Origin: Bacteroidota bacterium
GTDB lineage: Bacteria; Bacteroidota; Bacteroidia; Bacteroidales; GWA2-32-17
Direction: 5' to 3'
Assembly (NCBI GenBank): GCA_037441645.1
Contig: JBBIRU010000010.1
Span: 34,544-98,543 of the forward strand
DNA: 64,000 nucleotides
In this document: piece by piece, positions 8,963 to 19,500 of the stretch
Numbering within the stretch: the first letter of the stretch is position 1
Layout of the letters: every line of letters begins with the position of its first letter
Made by a program: the position numbers and the translations under genes
Notes under the pieces: model-generated
Told to the model about the DNA's origin: nothing
What the model saw: the letters and a program-made list of their open reading frames with translations, nothing else
Database searches by the model: none

Positions 8963-10750
8963 TTATTTAGATTCCCACAACTTATTATAGCCTAGTTTTT
9001 CTTCTTCTTTTTTCATTTTCATCCAGCTATCTGTTAACGCTTTTATTATTTCATGTGCCCGCGAAGCTTTGACCAGAACATCCGGTTTGAAACTGTAAAG
9101 CTGTCCATCTTTTTTGCCTTTGCCAACTTTCTCTCCGAGAGTTAACAGAGAGAGTCCTTTTCCTGAACTGAAACCATAAGAATATGTGGTAGGAGCATAT
9201 TCTGTTCCGTTAGGAGGCCCGAAAATATTATACGTTAAAGAAGGATCTAGTGTGAAGTTATACTCCCTGCTGTGTTTTGGCGCATCTGCGCCGTCCAGCG
9301 ACATTGTTAAATTCAGATCAATTGTGATAACACCGTCCACTCCGAGCTCCTGCATTAATCTTTTCTGGGGTCCTGTGTATCCTCCGAAAATAGACACAAG
9401 ATTATTTTTATAAATCTTTTTAAGTCCTTTATAAGTCCCTATATATATTTCATCCGTCAACGAATCCTGAACCTCTTTTAGATCCTGGTACGATTTGGCA
9501 TTTAACACAGTTTCAATGGGAACGAGTTCAATATTCATTTTTTCTTTCATTTGTTTTTCAAGATCTTTGTACATGGCATCGTTAATGTTTTGCCAATATT
9601 CTACCGGTAATTCGGGGAATTGAATTTTAAAACAATTCTTATAAGTGGTCCATGTATCGGTAATCCAGTCACCTGAAACCTCTGTTTTATGAACAGTCTG
9701 ATAAGTTTCAGTTGTTTTTGTAAGTTGTGTAGCACGGGTAGTAAATGATATTACAGCCATTTTCCGGGCTTTTACGAAAGGGATTCCATCCATCATATTC
9801 AGTTTCATAACATTTACTCCAGGCAAATAAGGCTCATCCTTTTCGCTTCCGGGCATACGGCCAATCTGAATTCCGTTTTCGTTTTCGGTAATATCATAAC
9901 CATCTTCTTTTCTGGTATCTTTGGCCGGAAACCATTCTGCCTTTTGAATATTTGCTTTTATCGGAGCAGTAGCATAATAACAAGATATATTTCTTACTTC
10001 GCAAACTCCTTCTGTTTTTTCAGGATTCACAGTAAATCGTTCAACTAATATATGGGAATCACCTTTTACATAATCAAATTTATTGTCGTGACCGGAAGCA
10101 AAAGCAAAGGCCGGAATATGTATTTCATTTGCCGAACGAAAATAATTAATGGTATGCCACGAATATTGTGTTAAAGTAGGTTTAGAATATAGGGCAACCA
10201 TAATCTGTGTATTTTCACTGCCTGCCGGATTCTTTAATTTAACTGTCATATCTTTTTTTGTATCTACTTCACTGTTTTTAGGTTCCAGTATCTCCACAGC
10301 AGCCACCGGTTTTACCGTTATCTCCATTTTTTCACCGGTACTTGTTTGAACATTTATAGTTTTGGGCTGATTATCTTTAACTTTAATTGCATATAAACCA
10401 TTGCCCATATATGGCATATCCTGCCCGTTGACTTTTACTGTTCCGTCGATTTCATATGAACCCACTCCTTTAGCTTTATAAAATGTTATTGACACAATAT
10501 TTGCACCTTCTTCCCAGATATCTGAAAGATACAATTCTTCACCCGTTGCAATTTTAAGTGCAGGCGAATAGCAATTACCCCAATATCTGGCCGTAACAGA
10601 AGCATCTTTTAACGAGGATGTTTTCTCGGTTCCAATAGAACTTAAACTCTTTGCTAATTTTTTTAAAAAACTTTGTGCGTTTAATGTATTATAATTATTT
10701 ACAGTTAAAAGAATCAATACTAATACAAAAACACTCATCTGCTTTTTCAT
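8963..10750 (-). CDS. Secreted protein of unknown function
   Basis: The ATG at 10750 gives MKKQMSVFVLVLILLTVNNYNTLNAQ, a signal peptide. The track start at 10759 is TTG. I recognise no family motif. Confidence 0.6.
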   Translation of the reverse strand: MKKQMSVFVLVLILLTVNNYNTLNAQSFLKKLAKSLSSIGTEKTSSLKDASVTARYWGNCYSPALKIATGEELYLSDIWEEGANIVSITFYKAKGVGSYEIDGTVKVNGQDMPYMGNGLYAIKVKDNQPKTINVQTSTGEKMEITVKPVAAVEILEPKNSEVDTKKDMTVKLKNPAGSENTQIMVALYSKPTLTQYSWHTINYFRSANEIHIPAFAFASGHDNKFDYVKGDSHILVERFTVNPEKTEGVCEVRNISCYYATAPIKANIQKAEWFPAKDTRKEDGYDITENENGIQIGRMPGSEKDEPYLPGVNVMKLNMMDGIPFVKARKMAVISFTTRATQLTKTTETYQTVHKTEVSGDWITDTWTTYKNCFKIQFPELPVEYWQNINDAMYKDLEKQMKEKMNIELVPIETVLNAKSYQDLKEVQDSLTDEIYIGTYKGLKKIYKNNLVSIFGGYTGPQKRLMQELGVDGVITIDLNLTMSLDGADAPKHSREYNFTLDPSLTYNIFGPPNGTEYAPTTYSYGFSSGKGLSLLTLGEKVGKGKKDGQLYSFKPDVLVKASRAHEIIKALTDSWMKMKKEEEKLGYNKLWESK

Positions 10751-10940
10751 AGTAGCCAATTTTAGTGATAATTAGGTTTTTAATTAATTAAACACCCAAA
10801 ACTAATACATTGCATCTATATATGTAAATATTTTAACATATAAATTTTTCTAATAACTTAGAGGTTTTCAGAACTAAGAAAGAGAGTACACAAAAACTTT
10901 AAATTCAGATAATTTAAATAAATTTTCGTCTAACTGCTTA

Positions 10941-11894
10941 TTAAATATCTTTTACAGCTATTTTTTTTATTTCAAAGTATCCGTTATTTGTTCCTGTAAC
11001 ATGTTGATAATATAAAGTATCATTCAATATTAAAATTTCATTATTGATAGTATTCCTATCTGAAATAGTTTTGTAATCAACCGGGGTATTGTTTTTATCA
11101 ATATGAGACAGCCCTATGCCCTGCTGACCGCGGTATGAAAGCAATTCCCATGTATCGCCCGACGTGTGATATAAAAATATATTTTTATCTGTTCTGATAA
11201 ATTTAGGGTATCTTTTCTCAGAATGATCCTGGTTCAGAATAGAAACCGGTTTTAATTCCGGTTTTAAAGCAAACAGTTCATTAAACGGCAAACTTCCGAA
11301 AAAAAGATATTTGCTATCCGATTCATTAAAGTCATTATACGCAAATAAAACGGAATTGGTAAAAGGATTGAATATTATTGAAAGCCGCATTATTCCCCAC
11401 CGCTGTTCGTATACCTGATGCCGGAACATCTTCTTTCCGGTTTCAATATCAAAGCATTCTATATGAATAACGGAAGGTATTTTTTTCTCCGTATTTTCAG
11501 AAACCCAGGCAATAAAAAGGTACTTATTAAATATATCGAAAGATAAGTTCAGGCTTGAGATATAAACAGGATGTTCCATGTTAAGGGTATCGATAATCAG
11601 TTCCTCTTTACCTGTAACTGAAATTATAACAATGTTAGTTTTTTGTGTATTTGAATATCTTTCATTACCTGTACAAATTTTAACTGAATATTGTTTTGTT
11701 TTATAATAAGCACAATCGTTTTGTACAGAATCACTGAACCTGTATTCAGGCGCAATCTCATTAAATTTATCTCTTAATAATTGTTCCTCTGCATAAGACA
11801 CTTTTACAGCTTTAAGGTTAATCTGAGGCTTATGCCCGGAAAAAGTGCAGCCAAGAAAGGAAATTGATAATATTAAAAAATAAATCTTATTCAT
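10941..11894 (-). CDS. Lipoprotein of unknown function
   Basis: The internal ATG at 11894 gives MNKIYFLILSISFLGCTFSG, which has a lipobox (LGC). The longer track ORF reaching 12047 is Cys/Arg-rich and overlaps the 3' end of the upstream channel gene, so I treat the extension as spurious. Confidence 0.6.
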   Translation of the reverse strand: MNKIYFLILSISFLGCTFSGHKPQINLKAVKVSYAEEQLLRDKFNEIAPEYRFSDSVQNDCAYYKTKQYSVKICTGNERYSNTQKTNIVIISVTGKEELIIDTLNMEHPVYISSLNLSFDIFNKYLFIAWVSENTEKKIPSVIHIECFDIETGKKMFRHQVYEQRWGIMRLSIIFNPFTNSVLFAYNDFNESDSKYLFFGSLPFNELFALKPELKPVSILNQDHSEKRYPKFIRTDKNIFLYHTSGDTWELLSYRGQQGIGLSHIDKNNTPVDYKTISDRNTINNEILILNDTLYYQHVTGTNNGYFEIKKIAVKDI

Positions 11895-11938
11895 TTCATA
11901 AAATAACAAATCTAAAATATATAAAAAGGAAAAATACC

Positions 11939-13687
11939 TTACCTTAACACCTTTCTTGCAAAAGCAACAGTAAAATAAGCCATCATAAACACGCCTATGA
12001 ATCCTTCTACACCTGCAACAAGGCGCAATATTCCAACAGGAGAGCAATCTCCGTAACCAATGGTTAAATATGTAATTGCACTATAATATGCCATATCCCA
12101 GAATCTTATCCATAAATTTGCATCGGGAGGTGTACAATTAATGGATGTATTCAGAAATAATGTTAACCCAAACTGAATAAAGACAAGTGCAAAAAAAGTT
12201 ACAACAACACTCACCAGCACACGCATAGGTGAAGTGGCATACAATCCCATTTTATCAAAAACCCAGAGTTTAAACCAATAGGCAGGATAATGCCAGATTA
12301 CCGATACCTTATTTTCTTTTATTCCATCCTGAAGTATAGCTTTTGATTCGTTTCTTTTAAATTCGATATAGGCTAAATCTTCATCATCGTATCTCCCGGT
12401 AACATTAAAATTCTGTTTTAGTGTCCGGAACTGTTCGGCTTTCATCCAGAAATCCGATTTCTCCTGTGAATAAATAAGTTTTTTAACTCCATTGGCCCGC
12501 CAGTCCATATAAATTCTTCCAAGTAAACGCATACCTGTCAGGCTCAACACCTTAACTTTAATCTCGAAATCATGCGGAGTCAGGTCAATAATATCACGAA
12601 CAACCGTATCGCTTAAATCGAGAAGACTGGCTTGCTCAACCCTTAAATCAAAATAATTATTAAGCTGACATGATTTTAATGAAAGAGTGTGAAATTTTGA
12701 ATTGTAAAATGAAACAACCCCCTCGCCAAATAAAGCTCTTTCAAAGGAAACATCGGTATTAGGGAACTGGGCTTCATTAAAACTAAAATCGCCGTTTCCT
12801 ATATTTGCATTTTTAAAAGACAGTTTTCCTTCCACCATTTCCGACTCGTCAAAAGAGATATCACCGTCATTAAAAACAGCCCTGTTGAAGTTGATTTTGC
12901 CTTTACCGAATTCAACCGTTCTGAAATCGACTTTACCGGTGCCAAATTCTGCCCGCTCGAATGAAATATCACCTTCGGCAAAGGTGGCGAAATGAAAATC
13001 AATCTTACCATTACCTATAACAGCCACTTTGAACGACACTTCGCCATTTCCGAAATTGGCATTGATAAAGGAAATATCTCCGTTGTTAAAGGAAGTATTG
13101 GCAAACAACACATCGCCATTTCCGAAATAGGCATATTGAAAATCTTTAAAGCCCTGCCCTATGATTGCATTTTTAAAATTCAGTCCGTCGTGTCCGAAAT
13201 TTACATTGCTGAAATTCAGGTTTCCGTTAGTGAAAATACAAGAGTTAAAATTCACTTTCCCTTCATCAAACACAGATGAGGCAAAGGTTACTCCCCCATG
13301 TATAAACGCTGTATTCTGAAAACTGACCGGTTTTTCGCTGAAAGATGCAAAAGAAAAATCGGTTATTTCTACAGAATCAAAGATAGAATTTTTTGCGCTG
13401 AAAGATTTAATTATAACCATATCCTCGGCGGCAAGGTTATTCATTGCACGATATTTTGCCAATGAAAATTCTTCAATATAACAATTGTCAAGATTAACTT
13501 TCTCTTCCTTCTGAATCATTTCATAAATGCGGTTTGCGTCCACATAGCCTAATTCTATATAAAAAAGTTCTTTCTTATTTTTATCAAAGAATGAAATGGC
13601 CGCTGTATGAGAAAGAGTGTTACCTCCCGGGGTTACAAATTCGTTGTCCCTGATTTTAACTTTATAGGATGAAAACTCCGAAATCAT
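11939..13687 (-). CDS. Pentapeptide-repeat domain fused to a 2-TM potassium-channel pore
   Basis: Residues about 100-340 form a continuous pentapeptide/decapeptide repeat (for example ISFINANFGNGEVSFKVAVIGNGKIDFHFATFAEGDISFERAEFGTGKVDFRTVEFGKGKINF). The C-terminus has TM1 (VLVSVVVTFFALVFIQFGLTLF), a pore helix with the selectivity filter YLTIGYGD, and TM2 (LVAGVEGFIGVFMMAYFTVAF). Confidence 0.8.
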   Translation of the reverse strand: MISEFSSYKVKIRDNEFVTPGGNTLSHTAAISFFDKNKKELFYIELGYVDANRIYEMIQKEEKVNLDNCYIEEFSLAKYRAMNNLAAEDMVIIKSFSAKNSIFDSVEITDFSFASFSEKPVSFQNTAFIHGGVTFASSVFDEGKVNFNSCIFTNGNLNFSNVNFGHDGLNFKNAIIGQGFKDFQYAYFGNGDVLFANTSFNNGDISFINANFGNGEVSFKVAVIGNGKIDFHFATFAEGDISFERAEFGTGKVDFRTVEFGKGKINFNRAVFNDGDISFDESEMVEGKLSFKNANIGNGDFSFNEAQFPNTDVSFERALFGEGVVSFYNSKFHTLSLKSCQLNNYFDLRVEQASLLDLSDTVVRDIIDLTPHDFEIKVKVLSLTGMRLLGRIYMDWRANGVKKLIYSQEKSDFWMKAEQFRTLKQNFNVTGRYDDEDLAYIEFKRNESKAILQDGIKENKVSVIWHYPAYWFKLWVFDKMGLYATSPMRVLVSVVVTFFALVFIQFGLTLFLNTSINCTPPDANLWIRFWDMAYYSAITYLTIGYGDCSPVGILRLVAGVEGFIGVFMMAYFTVAFARKVLR

Positions 13688-13734
13688 TTTTTAATTTCTT
13701 ACATGCAAATTTAATATTTTGTCATTCAAAACCT

Positions 13735-16545
13735 TTATCTCCTGCAAATTTGTTTATAATCGCAATATTCACATGTCTTAATGTCAGTGGTTTGAGAAAA
13801 CGCATTCTCCCTGGTAAATATCTGAATTAAAACACTTTTAAGCAAGGTATCGAAATCATTTTTGTAATGATTGCAATTTTCTACGAGTTCATTTTTAATT
13901 TTCAATGAAACATTTTCGTTCACCAACTGGTTTCTTACTGAAATAATTTCAGGTTTCACTTTTTGATTTTCACCCATTGCCAGCGAGTATATAAAAACCT
14001 GTCGCATTCCTGAAAAGTCCTTCCTGCCGTTTTCAATAAAAATCTCTTCCAGGCTACCTGCCTTTGATTCCACGTTTCCGGTTTTAAAATCCTGAATTAT
14101 AACGTTTCCTTCTTTTTCAAGACAACGATCAATAAAACCGTTAAACTCCACATCGTAAATATGACCTTCCATTTCCACAGGTATCCTGTAGTTGACAGGA
14201 ATTTCAAAGCCTTTCAGTAAAAACGGGGTCAGCTGCCTGTCATAATCGAGTATTTTTTTAACATACTTTTTCAAAATCTGAAAATTGACAAGTAACATTC
14301 CCGTAATTTCTCCCATGGATTTTCCGCCGAATACAATCTCATGAAAAGCATTCTCCAGGGCTGGGTTCAAATTCTCTTCCGTATTTAAAGCAGCTACATC
14401 ACTCTCATTTACTAACTTTCCTGTCATTTGCGAATACAAAAGTTCAACGGTTCTGTGAAGAATATTTCCAAACATTATTCCGTCCATTCCTTCAGAAATT
14501 TCTTCGGGGGCCTTTATTCCTGCAACATATCTCAGGTAAAATTTCAAGGGACATTTAATATAACTGCTAAGGGAAGTTGGCGACAGCTGTTTTTCGCCTG
14601 ACAGATACTTATTTAGAATAATATTTATCTGTTCATTATGATTTATGACAATGGGTTTTTCAATAAAGACACCCGCTTTGTCTGACATATCGTATTGGGC
14701 AATATTAAATGTATCATCATAACGTATTTGATATATAAAACGGCTCGGCTCGCCTCTTCCGCCTTCGGGTTGTTTAGTACAATATACCAATGACAGGTTT
14801 TCCGTACGTTGCAAAAAATGATAAAAATGATAGGCAAAGATTGCATCCTGGTGTTCCTGTGTAAGCAATCCAAAACCTTTACGAAGATTATATGGAATTA
14901 ATGACAAGTTAACGGAACTTTTAGGGAGAACACCTTCGTTAACAGATAATAGAACAATGTTTTTAAAATCGAGCAAGCGGGTTTCCAGTATTCCCATTAC
15001 CTGTAGCCCGGCTAAAGGTTCGCCCCGGAAAGCAACAGTAACATTTGAAAGGGTTTGCTTGTAAATCCGGACAAAAGTATCGTGTTTTAAGATTTTTATT
15101 GAAAAGGTTTTAAGTAATTCTCCTAATTTTTTGGTTTCGCGATAAACAGAAAACAAAACCTGTTTTTCGATCAACTGGCGATGGTCTGATCCGGAACTAA
15201 GATGAATGCTCTCCATAATTTCAGAAATCACACCAGTTAAATAATAACAATAATTATCAGGAGTATCAACAGGTGTAAATATTATAGAACGAAGGTCGTC
15301 ACCCAGGAGTTTTTCTGCATTCACCACCGGCTTTATATTTTCCTTTAACATATTTTTAAGATCAGAAGACCAGGAAAATCGCTTTATTAACGGTAAATTC
15401 AGAATCCTGAGAACATCTTTTACCTTAACATAGCTCCCCTTCGGTGATTTCTTAACATTTCGCTGAAATTCCAGCAGGGCATCTGTCATCTGAAGTGACG
15501 GCGATTGCTTTACAGGATACCCCATTGTCACATTTAATTTTGATATCTCCGGAGGCAAGGAATACAAAACAGGTAACAACAACGATTCATCTGCCAATAC
15601 TACGGCAGCCTGTTCCGAATCCGCAGAAGAAGCAAGCAATCCGGGCAATATTTTGGTTTGTCCCACCTGTGTAGGAGAGGCATAAATATGAACTTTGTTA
15701 TTATTAATAATTCCTGATTCAAATAAAAAATTATCAGGAGCAGGAAATTCTTTAATAATAGCCCGGAGAAAATAACCTGCTTCGTGTTCGTTGTTTTTTA
15801 TGTAATAATCATCAAAATCCCAAAAAAATTCTGCTTTATCCATTTGTTTAAGGGACTTAAGAATTTGCCTTTCGGTTTTTGATAAAGCGTTAAAACCTGC
15901 AATAAAAATTTTCCCGTATTCGATATCCCCGGCTTTCATCTTTCTGAATTTTTCAGCAACGTGCCGGTATCTTTTACCATCATAACCGATCTTTTCCGAA
16001 TCCAGTACTTTGTTAAATTCTTCATACACCTGGAACAGCTTTTCCCAAAGCAACAGAAATTTTTGTTGTCCCAGGGCTTTTGTTTTCACATCAATAGCTC
16101 CCCAGAAGGTCTCAATTGCTTTTACCTGCTCATCAGTCCAGTCGTAAAAAGTATTTTCAATCTGTTTTAAATCCGAAAGATTGGAATATAATTTCCGTGC
16201 ATCTGCAAGTTCATTATCTATATCATTAAAATCAGACAAAATAACCTGCCCCCAGAAATAAAATTCATCAAACGATTCATCTATTCCCGTTTTATTTTTA
16301 AAAACTTCGTACAAAACATGGAGCAGGTACAACTGATCGGCGGGAAAAAGATCAGAATGCGCATCAATAAACTCATTTAAAGTAGTAATTTCGGGAACAA
16401 AGGTGGTTTTGGGTGTTAATTCTGAAAGATGTTTTAAAAAATAGACACCTGCTCTTTTACTGGGAAAAATAATGCAGGACTGTGAAAACCGTTCAAAATG
16501 ATTTTCGGTTAAATAAGCAGCAAAAGATTCTAAAAAAGCTTTCAT
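13735..16545 (-). CDS. AddB-like PD-(D/E)XK nuclease subunit of a helicase-nuclease complex
   Basis: 936 aa with no Walker A motif. The C-terminal nuclease motif is IIQDFKTG, and the cysteines (YIKCPLKF ... CEYCDYKQIC) are typical of the AddB/RecB-family Fe-S nuclease domain. It lies directly downstream of a UvrD-type helicase gene. Confidence 0.7.
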   Translation of the reverse strand: MKAFLESFAAYLTENHFERFSQSCIIFPSKRAGVYFLKHLSELTPKTTFVPEITTLNEFIDAHSDLFPADQLYLLHVLYEVFKNKTGIDESFDEFYFWGQVILSDFNDIDNELADARKLYSNLSDLKQIENTFYDWTDEQVKAIETFWGAIDVKTKALGQQKFLLLWEKLFQVYEEFNKVLDSEKIGYDGKRYRHVAEKFRKMKAGDIEYGKIFIAGFNALSKTERQILKSLKQMDKAEFFWDFDDYYIKNNEHEAGYFLRAIIKEFPAPDNFLFESGIINNNKVHIYASPTQVGQTKILPGLLASSADSEQAAVVLADESLLLPVLYSLPPEISKLNVTMGYPVKQSPSLQMTDALLEFQRNVKKSPKGSYVKVKDVLRILNLPLIKRFSWSSDLKNMLKENIKPVVNAEKLLGDDLRSIIFTPVDTPDNYCYYLTGVISEIMESIHLSSGSDHRQLIEKQVLFSVYRETKKLGELLKTFSIKILKHDTFVRIYKQTLSNVTVAFRGEPLAGLQVMGILETRLLDFKNIVLLSVNEGVLPKSSVNLSLIPYNLRKGFGLLTQEHQDAIFAYHFYHFLQRTENLSLVYCTKQPEGGRGEPSRFIYQIRYDDTFNIAQYDMSDKAGVFIEKPIVINHNEQINIILNKYLSGEKQLSPTSLSSYIKCPLKFYLRYVAGIKAPEEISEGMDGIMFGNILHRTVELLYSQMTGKLVNESDVAALNTEENLNPALENAFHEIVFGGKSMGEITGMLLVNFQILKKYVKKILDYDRQLTPFLLKGFEIPVNYRIPVEMEGHIYDVEFNGFIDRCLEKEGNVIIQDFKTGNVESKAGSLEEIFIENGRKDFSGMRQVFIYSLAMGENQKVKPEIISVRNQLVNENVSLKIKNELVENCNHYKNDFDTLLKSVLIQIFTRENAFSQTTDIKTCEYCDYKQICRR

Positions 16546-16562
16546 CAGAGTTCTTCCATTTA

Positions 16563-19500
16563 TTAATCTGAATTTATCTTTTCCGCTTTTAACAAATCAG
16601 TATATAAAAGCCATCCTTCCACTCCGGCATATCCCATCTCTTTCAGCAACTTCATATATCCTTTTACCTGGCTTATATTTTTTCCGGGTTCGATTTGTCC
16701 GGTTTTATAATCTATTACTATCGTTTTTCCGTTTCTGAAAACAATTCTGTCCGGTCGTTTCTGAAGCCCGCCTTTCTGAATAACAATAATCTCGTTTAAA
16801 ACTTTATTTTGCCTGTCGAACCACTCTCCGGCTTCCGGAATTTCAAAAACAGATTGCAATAATTTAGTGATATGTTCTTTTTCTTCATCTGTAAATTTTT
16901 CACGCACGGCAAAACGGCTTAAAGCATCTTCCATTTCATCGGAATACTTTATGGTTGAAAGAATTTCATGAATTAAAAGACCATATTTTATCCTTTCATC
17001 TTTTTCCTTTGTCATGATACCATAAGAGTTATCTGCAACCAGTATTTCAGGATTGTAAATATAGGTTGCAAAAACAGTTGAAACAGTGCTCTTTTCTGAC
17101 CCAGATTCCTTTTCCCTGTAAATTATTTCGCTGGCATTTCCAATTTCAAATTCCTGTTTTTCAGAATCATATAACGACTTCATCTCTGCTGTTTTACCAT
17201 TCACTTCAATTTTTCCGGACGACTGAAGGCTTTTATTTATCAGTTCATTTATGTAAACTACTTTGGCGGGTTCTTTTTGTGGGCAAGCCATCTCTAACAC
17301 AGTTTTTGCACGGGTTGTAGCGACATAGAGTAAATTAATATTATCAACCATTGATCTCAATGTTTCTTCATTATATTCTTCTGAAAAATAGGAATCAGCC
17401 ATATCTTTATTATAAACAACAGGAATTACAGGGAGTTTATTAAACGGAACTTCAATAGTTGTACACCACAATAAAGGAGGATGAATTGCCGGAGTCATTG
17501 GCCATTCGGGAAAAGGAATCAGTACGGCCTCGTATTGCATTCCTTTTGATTTATGAATAGAAACAATTTTCACAGCTTCTTTTTCATCATTCATCGAAAC
17601 CATTTGCCTCGAACCATTTTCGTTCCACCAGTCCAGGAAATTTTGTGCACTTACCATTGGTTTCCCGGAAAAATCCCGGACGCAATCCAGGAAATTCAAT
17701 ATAAAAGGCACCTCATCTTTTAACGATGATATATGAAAAATGGCAATAAAATGTTCGATCATTTCATACAATGGCAGCTCAAGTGCATGAATAAATTCTT
17801 CTGACTGCGTTTCGGGAATAACAAATTTCACATCAGAAACCGTATAATTAAACCAGTCAGCCGGGTTTTGGGTATCGGCAGTAAGATAGTTTTTGTATTC
17901 ATTTAACAGCAATCCACGGTTTACGAGATCATCCGGCTGAACGGAATACCTGATTAAGGCAACAAGAAAATTAACTGCACCCGATACGGTTAACGATAAT
18001 GATTCCCCGGAAACAACCCTGAAATCGCTGCATGGATGTTCTCCCGGTTCATTACGGAAATTATAAAGTGCATTAAAAACATCCGGAATATCCCTGTTTT
18101 CACGCACAAGCACGGCAATATCTTTGATTCCTTTATTCCACCACCGAAATACAGTTGCCGGAAGCCATTCCGATAACACTTTACCGCGAAACTCTTCTTT
18201 ATCGAAAAAACAGATCCTGACATAGCCCTGATCGGAATATTGCTTTTCAGGCTGTTTCTGAAAAGCATCTTTATACAATTCAATAATTTTTACCGTATTC
18301 TCCCCGGTATGTGTTGCGGCAAGTACAGGTAAAACAGAATACAAAGCATTGTTAAATGAAATAATATTGGGTTTACTCCGGAAGTTCTCTTCCAGTGTAA
18401 TTGTTTCAGGCGAAAACATTCCAAAATCATTATTCAGCTGGGAAGCCAGTAATTGCCAGTCGCTGTTTCTCCACCGGTAAATAGATTGCTTAACATCGCC
18501 CACTACAAGGTTTCCAAAACCCTGCGAAAGACTGTTTTCAACCAAAGGTTTAAAATTTCTGTATTGTAACTGGGATGTATCCTGGAATTCATCGATCATA
18601 AAATGATTGTAACGGGTTCCCGCCTTTTCATAGACAAAAGGAGCCCCGTCGTTTCCGATTACCTCGGCCAGGAAACGGGGAATTTCTGCCAATAGAAAAT
18701 ATCCGTTCCTACGGGTATAGTCTTTTGCTTCCCCGGCTATTTCGGACAACAGTCCCAGGTTATAAAGATTTTTCAGTACCAGGCTGGCAGAAAAATATCT
18801 TGCTTTGTTATTTTCAATATATAAAACAATAGACCCTAATTTTTGAATGAAGATATTCTGAGCCTGAGACATTATTTCATTTCGTTTAGGAGAAGATTTG
18901 GATGTCCAATTTTCAGAATCAGATTGAGCATCTATAACACGTTTACCATATTCAAATTCTTTCGGATCGGAATTATATTTCAGTTTGGATATTCTTCTGA
19001 CATATCCTCCCACGCCACTCTTTCCAAAACTAAAATCGTCGGACTGAAATCCGGCTTTTTCAAATTCTTTTAACAAATCTTCTCCCATGTTTTTCAAGGC
19101 AGAAATAAACTCTTTAATAAGCCCGTTAAGTTCATTCCTGTACTGATTCATAAAAACCTTATCAGTCGTCTTTTTAAAAAGTTCTTCCTGGTAATTCATG
19201 AACCTTTCCTTGAATATCTCTTTACTGTTTTTTACCAGTCCGTCTTCCACTTTATAACTCTTTCCCTCATCCATTCTATCATAAATAAACTGCATCAGCC
19301 AATCGGTAACCGGCTGGTCTGCTTCCAGGCTGTCCATCATTTGCTTTACACCTTCTTCCAGGACTTCGTCGTCGTTCAGCAAAAGATCAAAATTGAACTT
19401 AATACCCAGTTCGTATAAAAATGAACGAAATATCTTCTGAAAAAAACTATCAATGGTGGTAACAGAGAAATTCGAATAATCGTGAAGAATCAGGCTGAAC

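Noticed and set aside
11895-12047. N-terminal extension of the lipoprotein ORF (MLSCWNIAPCCRCRRIHRR...)
   Set aside because: It overlaps the 3' end of the channel gene and is Cys/Arg-rich. The internal ATG at 11894 gives a textbook lipoprotein signal.
12700-13300. Periodic DNA pattern suggesting a repeat array
   Set aside because: It is the nucleotide shadow of the pentapeptide/decapeptide protein repeat. The copies are degenerate at the DNA level and in frame.
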